Origin: Glarea lozoyensis ATCC 20868
Taxonomy: Eukaryota
Assembly: GCA_000409485.1 (NCBI GenBank)
Contig: KE145371.1
Direction: 5' to 3' (one strand)
DNA length: 64,000 nucleotides
Each line of letters begins with the position of its first letter. Within the stretch, counting starts at the first letter, position 1. The notes beneath the pieces are model-generated. The model was not told the DNA's origin. It worked only from the letters and a program-made list of their open reading frames with translations, and made no database searches. Both the position numbers and the translations under genes were made by a program. This document shows, piece by piece, positions 37,568 to 47,451 of the stretch.

Positions 37568-39004
37568 TCATGGCCACATGCATTCGTACATGAACATCCA
37601 ATCACCATACCAGCTGTCAAATCTCCCAACGAGAGTCGAAAAGACGTCTCCCGGACTCCGCCATGGGCGCGAGTTGATTCCTCCGGTCATCAAGTGTCTC
37701 TTGATTCCAATGTTCATAGCGAAAGAAGAGAATGAACATCCGGTGAAATGAGTACTCTTAGATAGTACCAAATAATCCACCAGGGCTTGTTGATCCCAGC
37801 TCAAATCTGTCAGAGCCTTTAAATCTTCTCCCTTCAATAAGTCCATTTTCTGAGTTACTTTCAACCCCAGCTTGTCAAAGGCTTTAGCACCAAATCTGTG
37901 GCCGTCGGTAGCATTTCCTGACGCCAAGTATGCGTGCTTCATATTTCGTGTATCCGCCTCCCGGATATATCCGTCACTTTGAGTATCAAAGTCTGGCCAG
38001 AAGTTAAGCGCATCGCTCTCTGTCCTCAGATGAACGCCTAGGTAGGGTGCCGTGATAAGGGTTCCGTCAGGCTGGACGCCAGCAAATTTCTGAAGCTCCA
38101 AGATTGTCTTCACAGCAATCTTCTCGATATCCTTATTAATTCTCAGCAGATCGCCAAAAGTTGCCGCGAATTCCGGCCCATCTCGGATGATGGGCCACTC
38201 AAAGAATGTTGCCCATCTAAACCTCAATGTGGTTGGCTCCTCCCAGCTTGATGGTCGTTTGTTATCGCGAATCCACTGGTCAAACTTCTGACGGAATTGA
38301 TCCAAATGTCGGTTTACACCACGCCCGTCACATCCATCTGTATCGACATTGAGATCCTTGGGATAGAATTCGGTGATCTCTTGTATTTTACCCGCGTTTG
38401 GAATATCGGTTTTCGTGTTGAAGATTTTCATCTGCGGACAGTAAGTCTCTATAGAGCTGCGGAAGTGCTCTTCGTCGAAAAAGTAGTTGAGCGGTTTGAA
38501 CCCAGTAGTGAAGATATTTGCAAGATCCGTTTCCGAGCGTCGCTGAATCTGAGGCATTGTAATACCAGTTGCGCCAGCCTCGATAGCATATCGAATACAG
38601 GTCAAGATGAAGTTTCGAATGTTGCCAATTCCTCCAGAATTGTTGTCGCATACGAAGACCAGCCCTTCTTGCCACTTGGTCTCGCCGCACAACCGCTCGA
38701 GCGGCCATCCCACGTATTGTCCGTTAAAGTTGTAATCATTCAGGTTGTACGTCGCAGACGATTTCGGTGGAGTGACTATAACTCCCGAGGGTGCTGGTGG
38801 TGCATCTGCGTCTTTCGGACGGGGTACAGTTGGCGGGGGGTACTGCGTAGCTGGGAAAGGGTTGAGGTCTGATATCGATTGATCGAGAAAGAAATGATTG
38901 ATGAGGAATATGTTTAATAATATTCCAGCTAGTATTGCGTATCGATACCTCCACCATTTGATGCGCCAGAAACCATTGAGCATCTCGTTTTGCTTCTGGA
39001 CCAT
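37568..39004 (-). CDS. Type II membrane GT-B glycosyltransferase, O-fucosyltransferase-like
   Basis: N-terminal TM helix and Pro-rich stem; GGIGNIRN, YLGVHLRTESD, YLASG, ALVDYLVL..STHFTG..FSSF. Confidence 0.8.
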   Translation of the reverse strand: MVQKQNEMLNGFWRIKWWRYRYAILAGILLNIFLINHFFLDQSISDLNPFPATQYPPPTVPRPKDADAPPAPSGVIVTPPKSSATYNLNDYNFNGQYVGWPLERLCGETKWQEGLVFVCDNNSGGIGNIRNFILTCIRYAIEAGATGITMPQIQRRSETDLANIFTTGFKPLNYFFDEEHFRSSIETYCPQMKIFNTKTDIPNAGKIQEITEFYPKDLNVDTDGCDGRGVNRHLDQFRQKFDQWIRDNKRPSSWEEPTTLRFRWATFFEWPIIRDGPEFAATFGDLLRINKDIEKIAVKTILELQKFAGVQPDGTLITAPYLGVHLRTESDALNFWPDFDTQSDGYIREADTRNMKHAYLASGNATDGHRFGAKAFDKLGLKVTQKMDLLKGEDLKALTDLSWDQQALVDYLVLSKSTHFTGCSFSSFAMNIGIKRHLMTGGINSRPWRSPGDVFSTLVGRFDSWYGDWMFMYECMWP

Positions 39005-39600
39005 TTTCAAGGGGTAAGGCAACCAGCCGAGGGCAGCGAGCTTTTGTTACCAGCAGGGGCAGTGCAAGTGTAACAACGGGTGGCCGCGTATCAACGAGGG
39101 AGTGTGACACTCGACGATTGATGTTCTGCAAGAGGAAGTATATTTTGATGATGAGAGACGGTGGCAGGAGGAATTCAAAAACATAGTTTCCGCGTTGGGT
39201 CCAAGACTCCAGGATGAGCTCTTGGCGAGAAAGTGACAAGTGCGTCCGTCAGCCCTGGCGCGCCTGGAAAGCCAATCTGGAGCAATCTAACGGCGGCGAG
39301 GTGCATGAATCAACAGTGTTGGGGCTTAGAGCAGATGAGTCGACCAATCGCTACAACCATCCTTCTTCAGATCCAATAATTTTGTTACCGGTCCCAGGAC
39401 TTAAGTCTTAACAATGTACGAAACGTCGCAACGGCACTGATAGCCGAGCAGCTTACTTGGTAGTTCTATCTTACATTTGCAACAGTGCACCAAATTTGTA
39501 AATACCATTAACTGGTAAATATGAGACCAGGGAGATGAATCAACTAGCCAGAGTCCAAATATATCTGAATTGCAAAAGATGCTCTATTAATGGTGGATAT

Positions 39601-40068
39601 TCAGAACAACAGCCACCCGAACCAGATATGAGCTTGACCTGGTTCGCTCTCAAGACAACGTCCCCGCCTAAGACCTTTATTGTGATCATCATGACGGCAA
39701 CGAACGCAATCGCCATCAGAGCAATCTAATGATTCTCTTATTAGCACAGTACAACCCCCGACACTTCGAAGTAATATACAAATGGCGCAAAACATACAAG
39801 CAAAACGGCCAGTAAGAGCTCCATCACCTGTAACTAAATACAATGCCTTTGTCTTTTTATCGATTCTATGACAAGTGTTCAATGGCGGAGAAGAATGACT
39901 GATAATGTTTACATCGGCTTTACTAGAATTAGGTAAGTATATAAGTAGATGATATGTAGAGTGGCTATACCAGTCTTCTATACTTTGGTATTGATTAAGC
40001 TTAGGATTCTTGCTAAAAACACAGGTAGAGAGGAAGGTGATAAATAGGGCGATATAGAAGAAATGCAT
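39601..40068 (-). CDS. Small secreted cysteine-rich protein (effector-like; 3 exons)
   Basis: Signal peptide MHFFYIALFITFLSTCVFS; introns 39923-39970 and 39726-39797; six Cys in the spliced mature chain. Confidence 0.75.
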   Translation of the reverse strand: MHFFYIALFITFLSTCVFSKNPKLNQYQSIEDWYSHSTYHLLIYLPNSSKADVNIISHSSPPLNTCHRIDKKTKALYLVTGDGALTGRFACMFCAICILLRSVGGCTVLIRESLDCSDGDCVRCRHDDHNKGLRRGRCLESEPGQAHIWFGWLLF

Positions 40069-40333
40069 ATTGACGTAGGGTAGTGTTTCTAAGTACATAT
40101 CGATGTTCAGTCGGAGATGAGTCAAATAGCTATTGCAATTTGTCGCTGATGATGACAGGATTAATGAAATAAGAAAGAGAGAGATGTTAGACTAAGAGAC
40201 ATCTTTTCCCTTTACAGAAAAGCCTGCAATTTTATCTCTCTTGTCCATATCTTAGTCTTTCCAAAAGAGTACATACAGCAACTAACTGTATTACCCGTCC
40301 GGCCATCGCCTCGCTTCATCAGATTCGCCTGCA

Positions 40334-40389
40334 CCTGGGCAGTTACCTACCTATACCTATAGGTAGATAAGGTAGGTAACTCTCCCAGG
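40334..40389. repeat. 56-bp near-perfect inverted repeat built from TACCTA/TAGGTA units
   Basis: CCTGGG-c-AGTTACCTACCT-a-TACCTATAGGTA-gata-AGGTAGGTAACT-ct-CCCAGG. Confidence 0.85.
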
Positions 40390-41097
40390 AAGCGAAGCGA
40401 TCCCTTTTAAATCCATCAGAGCAATGCTGTACGTTTGGTATTCTTGGTTCTACAGCGTGGACAATGAACGGACCCGGTTACCAGCCTTATGGCCACATCG
40501 CACTCAAAATAGTACGGAGTATTCCATAGTTCCACATTGTGCCACTTTGAATCAGTGTTACTATTGAACATGCATGCAACAACAAGTTTGCAAACCTGGA
40601 ACACATGAGATCGCCGGTTCACCTTCTAGGTTAACATATCTTGTATCTAAGATTTTTTAACAAATTTGCGGCAAGTCCTTCCTTTGTCTTTTGTCTACTG
40701 ACAGATTTCATTGGCAACAAGTTCCTGATTCCAGCCATACAGACTCTGTCGGGATTCACCATTCAAACATCAACAGCATGATTGAAAGTTGTCTCTGGAT
40801 GAGATTTTGTTCACCGTTTTGAGCTTGAAGCCAGCTTGCTCGGCTGATCTATTAGAGACGAGCACGTATGTCAAAGACCAATGCGTTGAGAATAATGGTA
40901 CAGCTGCACGCCTTCTGTTTATTTTGTTGGTACATACGAGGTCTTGGGCTTGCAAATGCCCTTTTGTAGTAGTGCACTATTCCTGTAATTATATCATCAT
41001 ACATCTGCTCGCTCCGGTGAAAGAGTAATCCTCAGGGCTTGCCAAAGCCCATGTTGGCAGGATGTCTATCTAATAAGCGCTCCATCATCTCGTATTT

Positions 41098-42564
41098 CTA
41101 CTTGTAGAAGTCGAATTTATTTGCCTAGAAACTTGTTAGCAGTTCTCCGTAATTGGCAAAGGACAAAATTGCTTACCTCCTGAGTGCCCTTGACCTGGCT
41201 TGAGTATGCGTCTTCGAGATCTGCTTGGATAATGTTGTATCTGTTCTTTCTAACCGCTCTCAAACCAGCTTCTTGCATGATAGCCGCAATAATAGCGCCA
41301 CTTAGAGGATCATTACGAACAATCAAGCTGTCCAAATCTACTTCGGGCGACAATGACATCTTTGAGGCAATCGTGGTAAAAATCAATCGTCGCTCCCTGC
41401 GGTCTCGAAGATTAGGAAATTCAATCTTTCGATCTAGACGGCCGGGACGAAGAAGCGCAGGATCCAGCGTGTCGGCTCTGTTGGTGGCCATGATGACCTT
41501 GACGTTCGAAGTCTGATCGAACCCATCCATCTGATTCAACAATTCTAGCAAAATACGCTGGACTTCCCTATCAGCACCAGTCTGAGCATCGAAACGCTTA
41601 GTCGCGATGGCATCGATTTCGTCGATGAAGATGATTGAAGGGGAGTTCTCCCTCGCCATTCTGAAGACATCTCTAACCATACGTGGACCTTCTCCAAGAT
41701 ACTTTTGTACGAACTCGGACCCAACTACACGTATGAAACTTGCAGTCGTCGAATTGGCAACGGCCTTCACCAACATGGTCTTTCCAGTCCCGGGTGGACC
41801 ATACAGAAGAACACCTCTCGGAGGATCGATACCAATTTGCTTGTAGAGATCAAAATGAGTCAATGGGAGTTCTACGGCTTCTCTGATCTCTTGCTTTTGC
41901 ATATCCAGTCCACCCACATCAGCGTATGTAACATCTGGCTTCTCGTCTGCACCGAGCATGGCAATGGAGGAATCTGCTTCTGGGGGCAGGATATCGACAA
42001 GTGAATTGGAGTGGCGATGGAGGGCAACTGAGGAGGATGGCTTGAGAAGCTCGCGATCGAGAGTGGAGAGAATTCGAACGACATAATTAGAACCAGTGGA
42101 AGATTGCACGATGCCAGTACTGCGACGTATTAGTAGAAACCCGGGGTATTGGCTTGGAACCTTACTTCTGATCTATAGCCTCCATAAACTGTCCAATGAC
42201 TAGCGGCACACTTTGAATACGCTTGATCTCTTCTTGCGCTCTCACCAGCTCCCTTTTCAAACTCCTATGCAATGGTCAGCTAATGCAACGGAAATGGATC
42301 GTATGGGAAAGACGAACCGTTGCTCATCCTTGATGTATTCTTCTTGAAGCTGGATATATCTATATGCTCATTAGTTTTGCATTTGAGTGGCGTGTACAGC
42401 ACAACTGACTCAAGGTGCCGCTGCAGCTTTTTTAATGTTGAATATTCGTCCGACCCATCGGTTCCTAGGCCTTCGAGAGAATCGATGTTCGGTATTGAAG
42501 ATGGCATCTGTTTGCGATGCGGTAAAACCTGCTGTGCAGGGTTTTCAACCATTGTATCCGCCAT
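41098..42564 (-). CDS. RPT3: 26S proteasome regulatory ATPase subunit Rpt3 (6B)
   Basis: [43 protein letters not shown]; final exon KFDFYK* (HbYX). Confidence 0.97.
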
Positions 42565-42964
42565 AATCTGTTGTGAGCGGCTCTGAAGACACTGAATGCA
42601 ACTCTGTGGAGTTGATGGATTGTTGTTGGTGGATGTCGTGAGATGAGTTCGTCGGAGGAAGGATAGCTTCGGTGAGGCGCGTTACGTTGCCAGCCTTACC
42701 TATGCGCTATGATACCTGAGGCAACAAGTATTTTAGTTCAGGCATTAAGGCTCCACTGCAAGCACCGCCGAATCTCGGGAGCTGCCAGCCTGCACGGACC
42801 TGGAGCATCCATCATTCGAGCTTCCACTACCTTACCTACTCACTGAGTCAGGCCGTTCTTCTCAACCTAATCAAATCAACACTGACAAAATCGATAACAC
42901 TTCTTCTTCGCTCTACAATCTTTGAACTCTCTCGCTCTGTTAAACACTAGTTTTGTTTTGCATC

Positions 42965-43632
42965 ATGTCGTCTTCTATTACCATCCCGAGTAGAACTGCA
43001 TATGGGGAAAGCAGTAAGGCTGGCTCGGTATCGTCTTATTCGAGCTCACCACAAACACCACAATCCTCCACAGAAAGAACAAATGCGACACCTCCTGGCT
43101 CGTCATCATCGGTCTCCAAGCACGGTCATGATCGAAGGCCAAGTTTATTAAGTAAGTTCCATTTGCAGCTCATCCGCTAGGCTTCACGAGGTCTGGACTG
43201 CAGTTGCTCTGAGCAGATGCCTGTGGCATCTTGGCAGCTTGACAGCAAAAGACTAAAGGAAGTGATACATTTCTGACATATTTACAGGCTCGTCTCTCTC
43301 TAAGCAAGAACACACCGTTATCAACATTGGAGATCCGGATGGAGTGCCACGTTTGGTAGGTTCCATTATCAACCCCCGCTGCAACTAAGCACTGCTAACA
43401 CGCTTCTTCGGTAGATTACCTGCGTTAGGTCATCTCAAGGCTTTGACTGGAATCCAGGTTTGTTCCACGGTCTGCGTGTTTTTAGTACTCGAGTAGATTT
43501 GCTAACGCAATCCTAGAGATCTTCCTTCCCTCCTACGTCGAATGCGACTTCGAATCCCTCGAACGAAAGCGTGATCCTGTACATGAAATTACACTTAGCG
43601 ACGAGGAGATAAAAAAGATGTTCCCGCAGTAA
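42965..43632 (+). CDS. Small Ser-rich protein of unknown function (4 exons)
   Basis: HGHDRRPSLL|SSSLSKQEHTVINIGD..|ITCVRSSQGFDWNP|EIFLPSY..VHEITLSDEEIKKMFPQ*; three canonical introns give a continuous frame. Confidence 0.82.
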
Positions 43633-44947
43633 AGGGAGGCTCATCTGTGTTTAAACGGAAAGTGGCCCCGCGGAGTGGGTTATGGAGTTGCACATGCTTT
43701 GGCGCTGGGATTGAACATATGATTCCTATGAATTTCAACGACGGAGTCTTTATTGCTGCTGGACGACTGCGTTGCGTCGAATTTACAACTAGTCTGCACA
43801 AATGTGGAACAGGGTTTGGAACTGAAGGAGTTTGGCATTTTTCAATGGAATTTGGCGATTGCCTCTAGAGCTTCTGGTTAGGGCGTCACATTGTGTTTGC
43901 AATCGCGTTGGGCATAATAAGACTGGTTTGATTAATTGAAGGCGTACGAGCTTAAGGGCCTGGCATGTCCGGTTGGGACAGCTATTAGCAATTGGAATCA
44001 TCTCTTCTCACGCCGATCTACGGAAGTTTGTTACTTGCAAAGCCTAAGGTTGCTATGCCTTTCGAGACAGTGACTTTTCCTGTGGCTGGCGGGTTCATTT
44101 CACTAATTAATGAGCTAACTGCAGCTGATGTGTTCACAGTCCGGATTGAGAAAGTTGCTTAAAGCGACGGACATATACGGCTTTTCCGCGCCTACGGAAC
44201 ATGAGATAGCGGTCAGCGACGTGCTTCTAACAGGAAACCATTAGAGGCGTCAATAGAACCACAAATTGTTTTGTTTCCGGGCCGTTCTTACTCCAACCTC
44301 CTCTGCCAATCGCGGGAGCCACAACACATGGGACCAAGGTAGATCAAGCATTCCGCCTCGTGACAGCCTCTGACAGCTGAAGAGCTTAGAAAGCTGTAGT
44401 GTAGCACTTGGACTATGCGCTTGCGTGGCAAAGTAAAGTCGTGTTATCAAATTAGAGGCGGAGCGAGCTGCGTGTAACTCCAGCTGTAGGGGAATCTATA
44501 GGCATGGTGATGGGATGGGATGGGATGGAAAAGTTGCCGTGCATGCAGCTGGGCCTGCAGCTCCTACCTGCATGTGCTTAGGAATTCGAGCTCGCATTTT
44601 GTTGTTCTCAAGTGTACTAATTCAATTAAGCTCTATTACAATAGAATCATAGGATAATTCCAGAAACAGTGTGTAATTGTATCTCTTATTCTCAATGACA
44701 ATAAGTCGAGAAATGGATGACGGTTGAAGTGACCCCACTTCGCGTCACCCCGCATTTTGAGAAGACGGCGGCGCGGCACGACGAGAGAAATAAGGTTCTC
44801 CGGGTTACTATTTTGGTGGGCTTCCCGGGGAAGTAAACAGACGAAATTCGCGACGAACATCAACTTTCGAAAACACGAACTGACGTACGCAGCACATCAC
44901 GCACGTTCTACCCAACAAAACTCAACAGATGGTTGGCAGTGAACAAA

Positions 44948-45689
44948 ATGACGGAACTGCAGAGGAAGATAGAACTGCAATCAATTGAGGATCTGCAGTA
45001 CTTGGTTGGAAATATCCAGCGAGGAGCGGAGGAAAAAATTGATCAAGCTTTACCGCCGATGGATGGGGTGGAAGAAGATGCTATGAGAAAACGAGTAGAA
45101 GAGGATGTGCATAATGTACGCGTTTTTATTCTTCCTGGGTCGCCGCTAGTTCTTCTAACTTGTCATCGCCGCGCAGTATATCCATAAAGTTTTCCAAGTC
45201 CTCGCACCAAATATAACAATAAACGGCCTTTCTCCATCCCAAGAACAAATTCAATCCGTCCTCTCCTCCAGCTCCCTACCAACAGGCATCATCGAAGAAC
45301 ACGAGCCATTCAACCATAAACTATTCGAGAAGGCGAAAGATAACGCGCGGCAGGAAGAGGACCTCATAGAGGAGATAGCGCGATTACGACGGAACATTCC
45401 TGGCGCTGTCGTGGAAAAGAACAAGAAGAGATTTAAGGAAGAAGTGGAAGCGGACGACGAAAACCTGAAAGTACTGGCCGCAAAGATGGACGATGCCGAA
45501 AAGAAGAGGAGTATTGGTGGAAGCGTTCTGGGAATTGGAAAATTGGAGAGACAGGATTCAGTTGAGCAGAATTGGAGTCATGGGGTGAAGGGACTCGAAA
45601 GAGTGTTAGGTGGACTACCCGAAGTCGTAGCAAGGTGCGACAGAGCGACAAAAGCCGAGGAGTATGTTAATGGGATGCATAAAGAATGA
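44948..45689 (+). CDS. NSL1: Kinetochore MIND-complex protein Nsl1/Mis14-like (2 exons)
   Basis: RKIELQSIEDLQYL, NITING, EEHEPFN, EEDLIEEIARLRRNIP; coiled-coil C-terminus. Confidence 0.75.
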
Positions 45690-45902
45690 GGGTGGAAATA
45701 GACGCGATATTACCCATTCTTTTGCATCCCATGGTGAGAGGCATCCAGGAAGTTTGATTTTAGCTAGAGTGGCGTATTCGGAACTCGAGGGAAAAGGATA
45801 TTTGGATTACAAGGCAATGATATCCAGGGCTCTTCGGTTTTTAGTAGAGGCACTCAAACGCTTGAAAGGACGGCGAACGGTTCATATAGTATTATTACAA
45901 AC

Positions 45903-47201
45903 CTACAACGGCTCGGTTGCTATTTGCCTCTCAGGGCCCGTTCCAACTACATCGGGTTTTACTTGTTCTGTTAGTATGCCGCTTCTTGAATTCTGTGGAC
46001 CATCTGGAACCGCCTCCCCAACATCCTGCTCTCCCTCACTATCTTCATCATCCTTGTTCTCACTTTCGCTCCTAGTCGTCTTGAGCTTAGCCTCCTTTCG
46101 CTTTGGAATGACCTTTAAGAATGCCTCTCCCCAATCACCAGTTTCTAACCACTTCAACATAATTTCCACGACGTGGTTGACTGTCAACACAGTCCGACTT
46201 TGCATGGTCAAAAATTCCCCAATTGGCAATTTTGCTGTTGGAATGCCTCGCTCGCATGCTTTCTTGTAGCACAATCCTTTATGTCGATTCTTGTCGACAA
46301 TGCCACCAATTATATAACTTGTATTTGGCGACAGTCTCTCAAGCGTGTTAGGAGAGTCGGATGACAGATACACCAGCTTTGGCTTTGTGTCTTCGAGTTG
46401 CTCTATAGGTGCCACATTCTCTATGACAGAATGCCGCTCAGATGATTCTTGTACACCATCTATGGTCTCAGCAAGAGCACCAGCAAGGACACCTCCCTCT
46501 TTACCTCTCATAACCTCATCCAAAACCTTCCCTACCACTTCAAAATCATCCTCCATAAATCTCACCCCTGTCCAACCCAGATGATTGTTCGTCAACACAC
46601 CCTCAAATCTTTCCCTTAGTCTCCCTCCCCAGCTACTAACACATAGATGGCTTCTATACATGCTCTTGCGGTTATCAGAATGACATCTTGTGATTTGGCT
46701 CCCCAAGGAAATGATTTCTTTGTCTACCATGTAAGTATCGAAGTCGCAATCCAATATCAAAGTCAATGGGACCTGGACCGGTCGCGCTGAATTCGCTTTC
46801 GGTGGCGGTTTTGGTAATTCCAAATCTCCATTCTCGATTTTAGTTTGAATCTCCGCTTTGGCTTCTCGTTTCCTTTCCTTTTTCGCTTTTTGTTGCTCCT
46901 TCCGTTTGGCTTTTCGATAATCTTTACCAGCCTCCCATTCTGCTTTTCTGGCGAGCTTCTTACGTTGAGATTTTGATATCCCAGGAGGATACTCTATTTG
47001 AATGTCGTACCTAGGTCGTCTAAAGTTCGTCGTGGGATCTTCGTCTTCTGAGATTGTGGTTGTTGTTGGGTCTACTTTCTCTTCAAGCGCTTGTTGTTCG
47101 GCGTCGGTGACTGGCGTTTCGATGCCTGTCCAAGCCTCTGCAGATTCTTCAGAAGGATTAACCTTGCGGATCTTTGAGGGTCGTTCTTCGAGGTCTGACA
47201 T
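45903..47201 (-). CDS. TRM10: tRNA (guanine-9-N1)-methyltransferase
   Basis: LILDCDF, LVYLSSDS, YIIGGIVDKNRHKGLC, TAKLPIG, VLTVNHV, AFLKVIPKRK. Confidence 0.95.
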   Translation of the reverse strand: MSDLEERPSKIRKVNPSEESAEAWTGIETPVTDAEQQALEEKVDPTTTTISEDEDPTTNFRRPRYDIQIEYPPGISKSQRKKLARKAEWEAGKDYRKAKRKEQQKAKKERKREAKAEIQTKIENGDLELPKPPPKANSARPVQVPLTLILDCDFDTYMVDKEIISLGSQITRCHSDNRKSMYRSHLCVSSWGGRLRERFEGVLTNNHLGWTGVRFMEDDFEVVGKVLDEVMRGKEGGVLAGALAETIDGVQESSERHSVIENVAPIEQLEDTKPKLVYLSSDSPNTLERLSPNTSYIIGGIVDKNRHKGLCYKKACERGIPTAKLPIGEFLTMQSRTVLTVNHVVEIMLKWLETGDWGEAFLKVIPKRKEAKLKTTRSESENKDDEDSEGEQDVGEAVPDGPQNSRSGILTEQVKPDVVGTGPERQIATEPL

Positions 47202-47230
47202 TTTTGTTCCTATACAGCATGGCGGGGTTG

Positions 47231-47352
47231 TCGCTCGCGACGCTTAAATTTTGGCAATGAAGATATAGGCGGTGTATAAATTATTTCCGGCAGAAATTCT
47301 ACTTTCGGATTGGTGCTTCGCGTCGCGTTCCCCCAGATATCGAGTCGCGACT
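47231..47352. promoter_or_regulatory. MCB-like CGCG cluster in the TRM10/MSH2 divergent promoter
   Basis: TCGCGACGC near 47235, TTCGCGTCGCGTT at 47317-47329, palindrome AGTCGCGACT at 47343-47352. Confidence 0.55.
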
Positions 47353-47451
47353 TATCAAGGCGATTTAAAGTGGTTTCGGAAACAAAATGTTCAGCGCCTT
47401 GCATTTGATATAAATTCATCATACATTCGCTTTTCATTTTTCACAATTACA

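Noticed and set aside
39931..39940. ATACTTACCT (minus strand) as the U1 snRNA 5' end
   Set aside because: Lies inside a 48-nt intron with no U1 stem-loops or Sm site.
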